Below are positions 42,453 to 53,504 of a stretch of 64,000 bases of DNA, piece by piece. Under the pieces are notes generated by a model, which had not been told where the DNA came from, did not search any database, and saw only the letters and a list, made by a program, of their open reading frames with translations. How positions within the stretch are numbered: position 1 is the first letter of the stretch; every line of letters begins with the position of its first letter. Both the position numbers and the translations under genes were made by a program. Location: contig NC_134032.1 of the NCBI RefSeq assembly GCF_964204645.1, forward strand, positions 15,178,275 to 15,242,274, given 5' to 3'. Source of the stretch: Tubulanus polymorphus (taxonomy: Eukaryota > Animalia > Nemertea).

Positions 42453-43292
42453 CCTACAGTCCAAATTGAAGTTTATTCACTTAATCAAAAGTTAAAGGGA
42501 CTATCGATACAAAAGCCCGGTTTACCCAGCCGAGGAGAACTGATTAAACCAACTTACATTAATACGAAATTAAAATGACTAGATACAAAATTAATTTGAT
42601 GAATCCAAATATAGATAGACCACAGGGTATAATATTAGAATAGTGCGGTAGACACGAATTTCGTTTTTAATCTCATAAATTTGTACGTATTGGGTTTAGA
42701 ATTCTATCATTATTATCCACGTCTATTTTATGTCTAAGTATTTTAACGTCTAGGTCCGCTGCATACCGCCGTGTTATATATAAATATAAATAGAATCCGT
42801 ACCTTTATAAGCCTTGTCTCTAATAGGACGAGCCAACATTGTACAATAGACTGAACACAATGATATACAATGATAATTTAACAGCTTATAATACCACGCA
42901 GAATAATCATTACAGATTCCTGCTCGATTTGATGTCAATTTATTCGCTGGATCTGATGAAATTGAGAACTGATTTACATTTAATCGGTGTCAAAACTAAG
43001 CCTAGCTCTGACACAGACGATACCTGATTGAATAAACAGCCATAGGGTTAGTTACCCGGGAGCGAGGTAGAATAATAATGATAATGATAATAATGATATA
43101 TTACACCGTAAAGCCTCTGAGTGTAACAGTTTATTTAGGTTACTAACAGTTCGATGATTCAGTTATTAACGTGTGAAACAATAATCATGGCACTGATCCA
43201 GCTGGCATGGTTCAGTTTCCCCGCCCGTGGAGGTGGGAGAATTTCCGATCCCTGGATTCACGAATGATATATTCGACAAATAATTGGTTTGT

Positions 43293-43760
43293 AATCACGA
43301 TTGGTAGAACACTATATCCGTGTTGACGCGATGAGGAGAGAATCCCACAATGATAATAAAAAGTCCGAAAATGAAACTTCGAGATGGTAGTTTATTTCAA
43401 CGTTTCGACTTTATCCTAATAGTCATCTTCAGGAATACTGTATTCCTTGAGCTAGTAGTTTATTCAACGTTTCGACTATATCCTAATAGTCATCTTCAGG
43501 AATACTGTATTCCTTGAGCTAGTGTAGTTTATTCAACGTTTCGACTTTATCCTAATAGTCATCTTCAGGAGTCATCTTCATTATTCCTGAAGATGACTAT
43601 TAGGATATAGTCGAAACGTTGAATAAACTACACTAGCTCAAGGAATACAGTATTCCTGAAGATGACTATTAGGATAAAGTCGAAACGTTGAAATAAACTA
43701 CTATCTCGAAGTTACATTTTCGGACTTTTTATTATCATTGTGGGATTCTCTCCTCATCAC
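43293..43760. mobile_element. Non-autonomous Penelope-like element: inverted pseudo-LTRs with five hammerhead ribozyme motifs
   Basis: 11-bp target duplication aattggtttgt (43282-43292 / 43761-43771); inverted arms with a one-sided ~37-bp tail; CTGAAGA-T-GACTAT...A(T/A)AGTC-GAAACGTT motif twice on + and three times on -. Confidence 0.8.
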
Positions 43761-44119
43761 AATTGGTTTGTCAGTTCGTGTATTCAATTATGGTACACAA
43801 TAGTCAAACTTGACCGTTTTCCCCAGGCGCGGATCAAGAGGGGAAGGAGGGGGGAGGTTCAGGGATCGTGATCTCCCCCCTGTTCAGCTACCAACAAAAT
43901 GTTTTAATTGTTTTCTTAAAGGAATGTACTCAAGACAAAGCGGACGGACGGTACCACATAATCGGTACCATATCATCTTATGTTTGGCCAAACAATACGC
44001 CGTACAGGACCCGGCTATCATTAGAGATTTTAGTCGGCTGTTTAACATTAACATTCTGAACATTATGAACATTATGAACCCCCTCCTGGAAAGAAATCCT
44101 TGATCCGCACCTGTTTCCC

Positions 44120-44458
44120 CATCCTCCCCCGGCAGGGATTCGAACCTGATGGCATCAAGATTGCCACGGCACGAAACCCTGCCATAATCGACCGTGCGCG
44201 CAGATACATGCGCAGTTCAGATGATGTGATTTTTAGCCAATCAGAAATCCCGTTTTATTTTAGCCCGGGTTTTCCCATTAATAGTTCTTCCTTGAAATTT
44301 GCCTCAACGATTATACAACGAGCAATCTGATTGGTGCCGCCAGTTTTCGTTCGGAAAGCTGCGCATGTACCTGCGCACCCGGTCTACTGATGCAGGGGTT
44401 CGTGCCGTGGCTGAGTGTAGCGATGCCATCAGGTTCGAGTCCCTGCAGAGGGAGGATG
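44120..44458. mobile_element. Foldback MITE with ~100-bp imperfect TIRs and 9-bp TSD (Mutator-like)
   Basis: Termini catcctccc...gggaggatg; perfect 9-bp duplication ctgtttccc (44111-44119 / 44459-44467); arms complementary. Confidence 0.85.
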
Positions 44459-44888
44459 CTGTTTCCCATGCACCCAGTAACCCATCGAATCATCAAACGA
44501 TAAAGTTATCTCTGTCCCAACTGAAACCATAACTCGACTGTAATGTAGCATAACGCGTCACTCTTTTCTGCGCTATCTACTTCGCGTCCGGTTCCGGATC
44601 CGGTCCGGTCCATAAATCAGGATTTAGGTGAAATCCATTAGGTGGAATACATGCGTCAGCCGGAGAGAACTGCGCATGCGCGCTGAGATGTACGATAAAC
44701 TTGGTTTTTAAGGACTGATCTCTATCATTAGGTGGTTTAGGAGATGCTAAAAGTGGTTTAAGAGGTCGTCATTCAACGAACTATTTGTAACCAAACTGTC
44801 CGTTCATTACAAAACAAATCTCTGAACGCAGGCAGATGTAATCTACCCTAAACATCAGCTTTACAGATCTTTTAGTAAACAAGTAAAC

Positions 44889-46102
44889 TGTAAACCTGAT
44901 AGAAGCGCCCGATAGAGAGTTTGTAATCTGTAAACCTGATAGAAGCGGCCGGTAGAGAGTTTGTAATCTGTAAACCTGATAGAAGCGGCCGGTAGAGAGT
45001 TTGTAATCTGTAAACCTGATAGGAGCGGCCGGTATAGAGTTTGTAATCTGTAAACCCGATAGAAGCGACCGGTAGAGAGTTTGTAATCTGTAAACCTGAT
45101 AGAAGCAGCCGGTAGAGAGTTTGTAATCTGTAAACCTGATAGAAGTGACCGGTAGAGAGTTAGTAATCTGTAAACCCGATAGAAGCGGCCGGTATAGAGT
45201 TTGTAATTTGTAAACCCGATAGAAGCGGCCGGTATAGAGTTTGTAATTTGTAAACCTGATAGAAGCGGCCGGTAGAGAGTTTGTAATTTGTAAACCTGAT
45301 AGAAGCGGCCGGTAGAGAGTTTGTAATCTGTAAACCTGATAGAAGTGACCGGTAGAGAGTTAGTAATCTGTAAACCCGATAGAAGCGGCCGGTATAGAGT
45401 TTGTAATTTGTAAACCTGATAGAAGCGGCCGGTAGAGAGTTTGTAATCTGTAAACCCGATAGAAGCGGCCGGTAGAGAGTTTGTAATCTGTAAACCTGAT
45501 AGAAGCGACCGGTAGAGAGTTTGTAATCTGTAAACCTGATATAAGCGGCCGGTAGAGAGTTTGTAATCTGTAAACCTGATAGAAGCGACCGGTAGAGAGT
45601 TTGTAATCTGTAAACCTGATATAAGCGGCCGGTAGAGAGTTTGTAATCTGTAAACCTGATAGAAGCGACCGGTAGAGAGTTTGTAATCTGTAAACCTGAT
45701 ATAAGCGGCCGGTAGAGAGTTTGTAATCTGTAAACCTGATAGAAGCAGCCGGTAGAGAGTTTGTAATCTGTAAACCTGATAGAAGTGACCGGTAGAGAGT
45801 TTGTAATCTGTAAACCTGATAGAAGCGGCCGGTGGAGAGTTTGTAATCTGTAAACCCGATAGAAGCGGCCGGTAGAGAGTTAGTAATCTGTAAACCCGAT
45901 AGAAGCGGCCGGTATAGAGTTTGTAATTTGTAAACCCGATAGAAGCGGCCGGTATAGAGTTTGTAATTTGTAAACCTGATAGAAGCGGCCGGTAGAGAGT
46001 TTGTAATCTGTAAACCCGATAGAAGCGGCCGGTAGAGAGTTTGTAATCTGTAAACCTGATAGAAGCGGCCGGTAGAGAGTTTGTAATCTGTAAACCTGAT
46101 AG
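44889..46102. repeat. 40-bp minisatellite (ttgtaatctgtaaacctgatagaagcggccggtagagagt), ~30 copies
   Basis: Direct repeats with exact 40-bp period. Confidence 0.97.
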
Positions 46103-46656
46103 TATATTAAAGCCCAAACATCATAGATCTTTAGAAAAGCCCGTACACCAAACTTAGGGGATTAAAACCCGCAAGATCCTGATCTAAAAACGAAATGACA
46201 CAATAGAAAACCGCCCAAAACGTTCTGTCTTTAGATTTTTGATTTAATGAATAAATTTCTTATCTAATCTTTTAGATCAGTAAACATACGATAAATACAG
46301 TTTTAATAAGATCATCTTTACCTGTTTTCTATACTATCATACTAATACGGTAATTCCGCCGGTGAGGAAGATGTCGATGCTGTAATACGTGAATATAAGT
46401 CGAGTCTCTGTTTCTGTATAACGACGTCGTTGTTTGATGATATCTGGCGACCAAGAAGTGAGCACACAGCCGGGAGATAGTTTTTATACGATAATTGTCG
46501 CGCAATTAAACGACGCCCGGGTATCTCTCTCTCACTCTATCCGTCTCAATGGCACATTCTCAACACGTTTAGGACATTATTTATATATCGTAGTCGCCGT
46601 AACTAATCGTCTGCTGCTGCTGCTGCTGCTGGTATTTATACGCGATACTTCGGCGG

Positions 46657-46822
<166 letters not shown>

Positions 46823-47103
46823 TCGGCTGGATGTCGGCTGTTTAGCACGCAACAGGGCGCATCGTTTTAGAAAGTGCGAATCTCAAGCGATTTTTCGCCA
46901 GCAAAAGGCGTTACATGCAAAATATTGCGGTCGATTTGTTTCGTTTTTTTGTTGGTATAACGCCCGAGTTGATGCGTTTTTCGCGTGTTTTTTTAGACGC
47001 TTTATGACGTGATCAGTACTTACCCAGCAGCGTTCAAACATTTGTCATTATTAACCACAAACGAGCAGCAGAGCCAACCAAATTGCCAGGTCTTGAGACA
47101 GCC

Positions 47104-47125
47104 GCCTCGTTGGCGCAGATAGTTA
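47104..47125 (+). pseudogene. 5' fragment of tRNA-Met
   Basis: gcctcgttggcgcagatagtta preceded by the same upstream flank as the 47913 and 54147 copies. Confidence 0.7.
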
Positions 47126-47360
47126 TGATTATACTTTTTTTATATACAGGGGATCGAAAGACTTGTCATCATTTTTAGGAAATGTCAGAAATCTAAGCGA
47201 CTTGTATATTACGCGCCATTGCTTCCTAGCTTCTCAAAAATTCTGGAAAAATTGGTTTACAACAGATTAGTTTCATTTTGTAACAAACAGGATATTGTAA
47301 TCCCCAACCAGTTTGGTTTTCGTCCTAAGCATTCAACTGCTTTAGCACTAACCAATATAT
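47126..47360 (+). mobile_element. LINE reverse-transcriptase fragment (CR1/L2/Jockey-like)
   Basis: Frame from 47219 reads LLPSFSKILEKLVYNRLVSFCNKQDIVIPNQFGFRPKHSTALALT, the typical RT N-terminal motif; degenerate GD motif upstream. Confidence 0.8.
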
Positions 47361-47912
47361 GAGGTAAACTCTGTGCAGAGTCCTGTCCCCTCCGATGGTG
47401 TCAATGACTCTTAAAATCCTACTAAGCTTATATGAATTTCATCCAGGAGAAACTCCCTCAATTCAACATGGAAACAATTAAACGAATCCAAAAAAATCTT
47501 TAGAAAATTTTTTGAAAATTTTCATGAAAATAGTGTATTCTGCGAAAATAGCGTAATCGCTTTGCGTTTAACTCAACCGGTGGCCACGCGTGTTTCTATG
47601 AAGATATTTTTACGAATGCAGTATCTACAAAATCCTCAGATAAAACTTAATCTTCAGTGAAAAATTCTCTCAAAAAAAATTCTCTCAAAATCTCAAAAAT
47701 AAAAAAGTTACAGTCACTGACACAAAATTACAAATTTTTTTGAGGCGCCTTCTTAAAAGTGACGTATCTTTTATAAGGATTATCGATTCAAGTTTAGCGA
47801 GTTGATGTGTTTTTGGCGGGTTTGTTAGGTGATCAGTACCCAGTAAACATTTGTCATTATACCCCCGGACGAGCATCGCCAACCAAATTGCTAGGCCCGC
47901 CACCTAACGGCC

Positions 47913-47986
47913 ACCTCGTTGGCGCAGTTAGTTAGCGCGTCAGTCTCATAATCTGAAGGTCGTGAGTTCGAGCCTCACACGGGGCA
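47913..47986 (+). tRNA. trnM: tRNA-Met (CAT), probable pseudogene or weak variant
   Basis: Full-length copy with G1->A (A1:C72 mismatch) and D-loop GG->AG; T6 terminator at 48009-48014. Confidence 0.75.
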
Positions 47987-49211
47987 TATCAGCCCACGGC
48001 CGTGGATATTTTTTCAAAACTAACTTATATTTGTACAACTTGCCCCAAGGGCGCAGGATTCAGTTTGCGGTAGCGCTAATCTTATTAATTCTGAAGTGTT
48101 AATTAGTATATTGTCTAAAAATTTTCCTTCCAGCCATTGCGGCCATTTTTAATAAGCCAATCCTGATTTTCAATAATCATACATATTGTATATGTGTTGT
48201 AAGGTTCACACGGTACAGTAATATCGATCTAAACGCCTTGTATACGTGACATATACGAAGTTAACTCGGTACAAATTTATCGATTCGATGAACATATAGC
48301 AACAGTACAGCGGATAAACACCTGTTAACTCTTGAAATGCTGCCTTCCAACATTGTAACACTGCAATGTAGGGAAAAACTGAACGAAAAATCAACCTGAA
48401 TATTTGTGGATTTTGAATTTTGTTAGAATCGTCGCGGCACTCAACGATCTGGTTGCCTCTCCCCTGAACGTATATTAATTACTACACTATCTATGATCGT
48501 TGTGATCTGTCTGCTGGCCACAAATGCACACAGATCACACTACACTACCCACTTCAACACCCGACTACCCACAGCTTTCATAAAACCATCCTATTATCTA
48601 GTGCCCGGATCCTCCATCACTTGTTGTGTCGCGAAGTTCGTCTAACAGTTGGTGTGTAACTACTTTCTCCACCAATGCTGCTGCTGGCCGGTTTGTTTAT
48701 TTGGGTTGTTCCTCCCTCAAGTGAATATAAATTCTAACAACTCTTCTTTAACGACCACACTGCTTCTTTATTTTCTTCTTCCTCTTGTTACATTATTCTG
48801 CCTATCTCTCTCCCATCTCTCTATGTTGTTCTCCCCCTAAACCAAAAACCTATGACTTATATACTAATATGTACATTTCTCACATTCCTAAACCCTAACC
48901 TCACCCGCTTCTATCCTTACCCTATTTGGTACGATCAATCCCGGCTACTTCGGAGTTAGTCGACTATAGTCGAACTAAGTGAAACCGAATGTCCGTTAGT
49001 CGGAACTATATTCTGGAAATGGTCGAACACGCAATTGAGCACAGTTCGGACCTAGGTTCAAGATGGCCGACACTGTGAAATACGTTTACAACCGAACTAT
49101 AGTGTGTTCGGTTATTAGTTCCGACCGAAGTTGGCCCAGTGTGCGCGCCAGCACACATCTAGTGTGCGCTATCGTGTACACACTGCGCACTCACTATCTA
49201 CTCATATACCC

Positions 49212-49465
49212 CATCCTCCCTCGGCAGGGATTCGAACCAGATGCATCGATTCACTCAGCCACGAACCCCTGCCACAATAGACCGGGTGCGCAGTTACATG
49301 CGCAGGTTTGCCGCACGAAAATAAAATGGGATATCTGATTGGCTAATAATGACGTCATCTAAGCTGCGCATGTAGCTGCGCGCTCGGTCTAGTGTGGCAG
49401 GGTTTTGTACCGTGGCAATCTCAATTCCATCAGGTTCGAATCCCTGCCGCGGGGGGGGGGGTATG
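49212..49465. mobile_element. Second copy (inverted) of the foldback MITE at 44120
   Basis: Same arms; flanking 9-mers match at 6/9 positions. Solo arms at ~6253-6345 and ~52384-52476. Confidence 0.78.
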
Positions 49466-49763
49466 ATTATACACATATAACTCAATAACTATACCTCAAC
49501 TACACGCATTATCAGAACCTTGTCTCGAAATCTCAAAAAGTCTTTGGATATTTTAGTCATCGTGGACATCCGATACGAGGGAAATTGATTCAGGGTCTTG
49601 GGATAAGGGATTGAATATTACCAGTAAATATAAAAATTATTTTCATTTCTTATAGATAATACGATGAAAGCTCGGTTTATGATGAGCAGAAAATCGATGA
49701 TAACTGCGCAGAATTCAGCTGTCAGAAATGACAATTAAACTGTCAGTATGGTAGGGATAGTGT

Positions 49764-49770
49764 TATAAAA
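49764..49770 (+). promoter_or_regulatory. TATA box of the small secreted peptide gene
   Basis: TATAAAA about 105 nt upstream of a consensus donor AAG|GTAAGT (49876/49877) that can splice to the acceptor at 50704/50705. Confidence 0.6.
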
Positions 49771-50725
49771 GGAGGCAGATTCTCATCTGCTCAGGGCACC
49801 ATATTCACTGCTGCACCAACCCCCTGCGATCGACGACATCGTGCTACAACTACAATCGTCTACGGTTCCTACGAAGGTAAGTCGACATGATAATAAATGG
49901 GTATTATCTTCATTAAGGAATTTAGCTCATTTGGGGTAAGGCGTGTACTTCGGCACTCGCTATCCGAGTGTTGAGCGGGTTCGAGTCTCGACTGCATCGG
50001 TAGCGTTAAATGGCGGTAGCGTTAAACGTACGGGACCGACGTCCCTCACTAATATTTGCCTCGTAGTTTATATTCATTGTGAACATATAATATTTACTGA
50101 TTGACTATTATTTTAATATATACATATAAACGATTAACGTCTACTAGGTTGCTAGATGGTGGGCACAAATTGAAATTGCGAAATTGAAATTGGAGGACTG
50201 ACCGAATCTTCAGCACCAAATTAACTAATTTCTCTCTATCATAATGCAACAAAATTACGCCCAAAATGCGCCTCATAGCGACTCTATTTTCCCTATATTT
50301 TCTTTCTGGGGCGGGCACCCAGACCCTCTATCGTCTAAAATAATTTCAAGTATACAAGATATCTCCCGACCCCTTAATGGATTCGCACCTTCGACACTCG
50401 CTCTTCAACGGCTTCACCATCCAATTGCTTTCAGTTGTGTCCCCTTTTTCAAAATGCGCGATCTGCCACCGCTGGAAGTTGTATTAAACTATTAATAGGG
50501 GTAGGGTTCCAGGTATATACCTGGGGCTAGGGTCCCCCGGGGTCGAAACGTCGTGTTTTTACATTTTAGAAATAATTTCTCGATTTTAAATTCTTTTAAT
50601 CTGTAAATAGTGGGTCTTTATCTTATTATCCGTTCACCACGTTTGAGTATGGTTATTGTACTACTGATTAAATGTATACATTTTCATTTTGCCGATATTT
50701 TCAGATCGATATCACAGAGATCATA

Positions 50726-50926
50726 ATGAAGTTATTGATAGTTTTAGTATTGATTTGTTCATTCGCCTCATTCGCGATGAGTAACGATACATTGAATGCG
50801 TGTATCACTAACTGTAAGGCTTATTCAGCTCCGGGCGCTGGTGAAGTTGGGGGCTGGGATAACGTCTGCGATATGGTATGTCTGATGACACACTACGATG
50901 GAAAACCGAACACTTTCTTCACCTAA
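50726..50926 (+). CDS. Small secreted 4-Cys peptide precursor, 66 aa
   Basis: Signal peptide MKLLIVLVLICSFASFAMS, then NDTLNACITNCKAYSAPGAGEVGGWDNVCDMVCLMTHYDGKPNTFFT; acceptor ttttcag 21 nt before the ATG; upstream non-coding exon and TATA; AATAAA near 51087. Confidence 0.75.
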   Translation: MKLLIVLVLICSFASFAMSNDTLNACITNCKAYSAPGAGEVGGWDNVCDMVCLMTHYDGKPNTFFT

Positions 50927-51452
50927 ACCGCGCACGCGCAATGTGCGACAATACCGTGAGGACTTCTGACAGCTTGACTTTTTGACATTATTTTCAAAAA
51001 TTTCTTATCGATTTTCGGTACCAATTTGACGCTTTGTTTTTTTTCCGAATATGTAAATTACGATATTAAAGTCCTCCGATAAAAAAAATAAATACTTCGT
51101 TTCCTTTCGTTTCGTGTCGGTTTTTATACATCTTATTTCTGTTTGTGATCAATGGAAAATGACTGTTTGATTCGCGCGTGGTTCGTGCTGTTTAATTCCT
51201 ATAGATGGCGAATGGGTGCAAACATTGTAACGATTTCGTATGACGTGCTACATGGTCTTCCTCGCTTACCGGAGCTGGGTCGTCTGACCGAGGAACTCAC
51301 TCCAACGCGAATGAGGCAAACAAGCCCCGGCAAGCGAGGATAGCCGACTGGACACAGTCTCACAAAGACGATTAACTCATACCGTACTTCTCCAGAAACT
51401 CGGGCGTCTTAGAATAAACTGATAATCAATTAGTGAAACGATGATGTCTTTC

Positions 51453-52202
51453 GAGGAGAGAATCCCACAATGATAATAAAAAGTCCGAAAATGAAACTTC
51501 GAGATAGTAGTTTATTTCAACGTTTCGACTATATCCTAATAGTCATCTTCAGGAATAATGAGATACTACAGAAATTATGAGATATATATACAATCCAGAG
51601 ACAAAGAGACTAATTCAAGTAATCAGAGATGATACAAACTAAAGGAAAATTAACGTAGAAACAGTTACACGCTAAAATAGATTAAAGGGAAGCAAACTAA
51701 GGGGTGATTATAAACAACAATAGTGAGTATAAATATAAATGAAACTTTAAGTCAGTAGTAAAAAGAAAGACAAACTAAGGGGCACTTAAATTAAAACAAA
51801 GGTGAATACAAGTTAAGTCAGAGACGAAATTGATGAGAGAACAAATAACAAATAATCAAAGGGGAAATCAAGTGTTGAGTTTAACCAGTTTACAGAGGAA
51901 TTTTGATATAAGTTTATTATAGTTTGCTTCCCTTTAATCTATTTTAGCGTGTAACTGTTTCTACGTTAATTTTCCTTTAGTTTGTATCATCTCTGATTAC
52001 TTGAATTAGTCTCTTTGTCTCTGGATTGTATATATATCTCATAATTTCTGTTGTATCTCATTATTCCTGAAGATGACTATTAGGATATAGTCGAAACGTT
52101 GAAATAAACTACTATCTCAAAGTTTCATTTTCGGACTTTTTATTATCATTGTGGGATTCTCTCCTCATCGCGTCAACACGGATATTGTGTTCTACCTATC
52201 GT
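51453..52202. mobile_element. Penelope-like element remnant: ~247-bp inverted pseudo-LTRs, each with a hammerhead motif
   Basis: Arms 51453-51699 and 51920-52165; one-sided tail; target duplication gatgatgtctttc (51440-51452 / 52203-52215); ribozyme motifs at ~51512-51558 (-) and 52061-52107 (+); same family as 43293-43760. Confidence 0.82.
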
Positions 52203-52610
52203 GATGATGTCTTTCATGTTCCCCGCGAAATCGTTGACAACAACCAAAATATTCAAACATGTGTATTCCATGACCCTCCATTTAATAAAACTATTCGCAT
52301 ACAGACCTACAAGTTTATAAGTAGGAAGATTAGAATAACGGTTTTTTATAATATTTGCTGATCGACTGTGTTTTACAACCTTTCCCGCGGGAATTCGAAC
52401 CTGATGGCATCGCTACACTCAGCCACGGCACGAAACCCTGCCACATTAGACCGAGTGCGCGGCTACATGCGCAGCTTCTAATCCCGACTGTGACGACTTG
52501 AGCAGCGAGTTTGAATATCGTAATTACAGTAGATCAGCATTTGTTTAATATAAAGTCCATAATGGTTTTTCACCCAGACCCTGAATCTTGTTAATTCACA
52601 CACGTGGTCT

Positions 52611-53504
52611 TCAGGCGTTTCTGGCCAGTAAGAAGTTTTCCATTGTCACCGGCAACATCGGGAACCCGTAACTGTAGATGACGTATTTACGGATGATATC
52701 CTGAACTTGTGCGCGCGACGTTTCCAGTAAGGTATCTATATCTCGACCAGCGATAAACGTCGGTATCGCGTCGCCCATTTTACGAATCGCTGCGTCCTGT
52801 TCGCTGATGCACAATCTGCCCGGTTTCAGAGCTAGGTGCATCAGAATCGCGCCCTCATCGGTAGAGCGCGAAACCACTGTTATCTTAGCTGCTCTCACGC
52901 GTAGGAGTTCATCTATGTCAACTAGGACTTGAGGCATGAATGGACCGTCATCAGCGAGGGCATGGATACCTTGCAACACCTTCACATAGACTTTGTTCGT
53001 CGTTGAAATCAGATAAACTCGCCCACACTCGTTAGCTAATTTATACAGCGACATTTCCAAACATTCCGCCGGTTCGTCCAGGTAATAGAGAACGTGTGAA
53101 AAAATGATCAAATCGTAGAAGTCGTTCGGTAAGAATGAAGGCGCCTCCTCGCTAGTGAATTTACGTTTATAGATCACGAACTGGAATTCGTACTTACTGG
53201 CGAGTGAATTCATTCGAGTCTCCAACTCCAGCGACATGACGTCGTTCGGTTCAACGCAGTCCACGCGTTCGAAACTCACTTCATTGCCGAGTTCGGTCAA
53301 CGCGTCTTCTAACAAATATCCGTGAGCCGCACCGACTGACAGCACTCTCAATCCTCTCCGCCTGTCGTCTTCTGTCCTCAGTTTATCGCTAGCAGTTTGA
53401 CGGACGGCGTGAACTGCTTCACATAATCTTTTCGGGCTGAAATGAGATTGGCTGTGATGCAGACGAAACGTTCGGTAAACGTCGCTGTATTTTATATCGT
53501 TCAT
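52611..53504 (-). CDS. Class I SAM-dependent methyltransferase, histamine N-methyltransferase-like, single coding exon, ~297 aa
   Basis: Y.D.Y..F N-terminus; motif I LRVLSVGAAHG; acidic motif DCVEPN; YDLIIFSHVLYY; first in-frame ATG at 53504; TATA-like sequence near 53560-53567. Confidence 0.85.
   Translation of the reverse strand: MNDIKYSDVYRTFRLHHSQSHFSPKRLCEAVHAVRQTASDKLRTEDDRRRGLRVLSVGAAHGYLLEDALTELGNEVSFERVDCVEPNDVMSLELETRMNSLASKYEFQFVIYKRKFTSEEAPSFLPNDFYDLIIFSHVLYYLDEPAECLEMSLYKLANECGRVYLISTTNKVYVKVLQGIHALADDGPFMPQVLVDIDELLRVRAAKITVVSRSTDEGAILMHLALKPGRLCISEQDAAIRKMGDAIPTFIAGRDIDTLLETSRAQVQDIIRKYVIYSYGFPMLPVTMENFLLARNA

Noticed and set aside
44861-46117. 418-aa repetitive ORF
   Set aside because: Translation of the 40-bp minisatellite; no ATG start or domain evidence.
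51453-52202. Classification as a long-TIR DNA transposon or a miRNA hairpin
   Set aside because: Asymmetric tail, variable 10-13-bp TSDs, different arm lengths between copies and hammerhead motifs fit Penelope-like pseudo-LTR inversions better.
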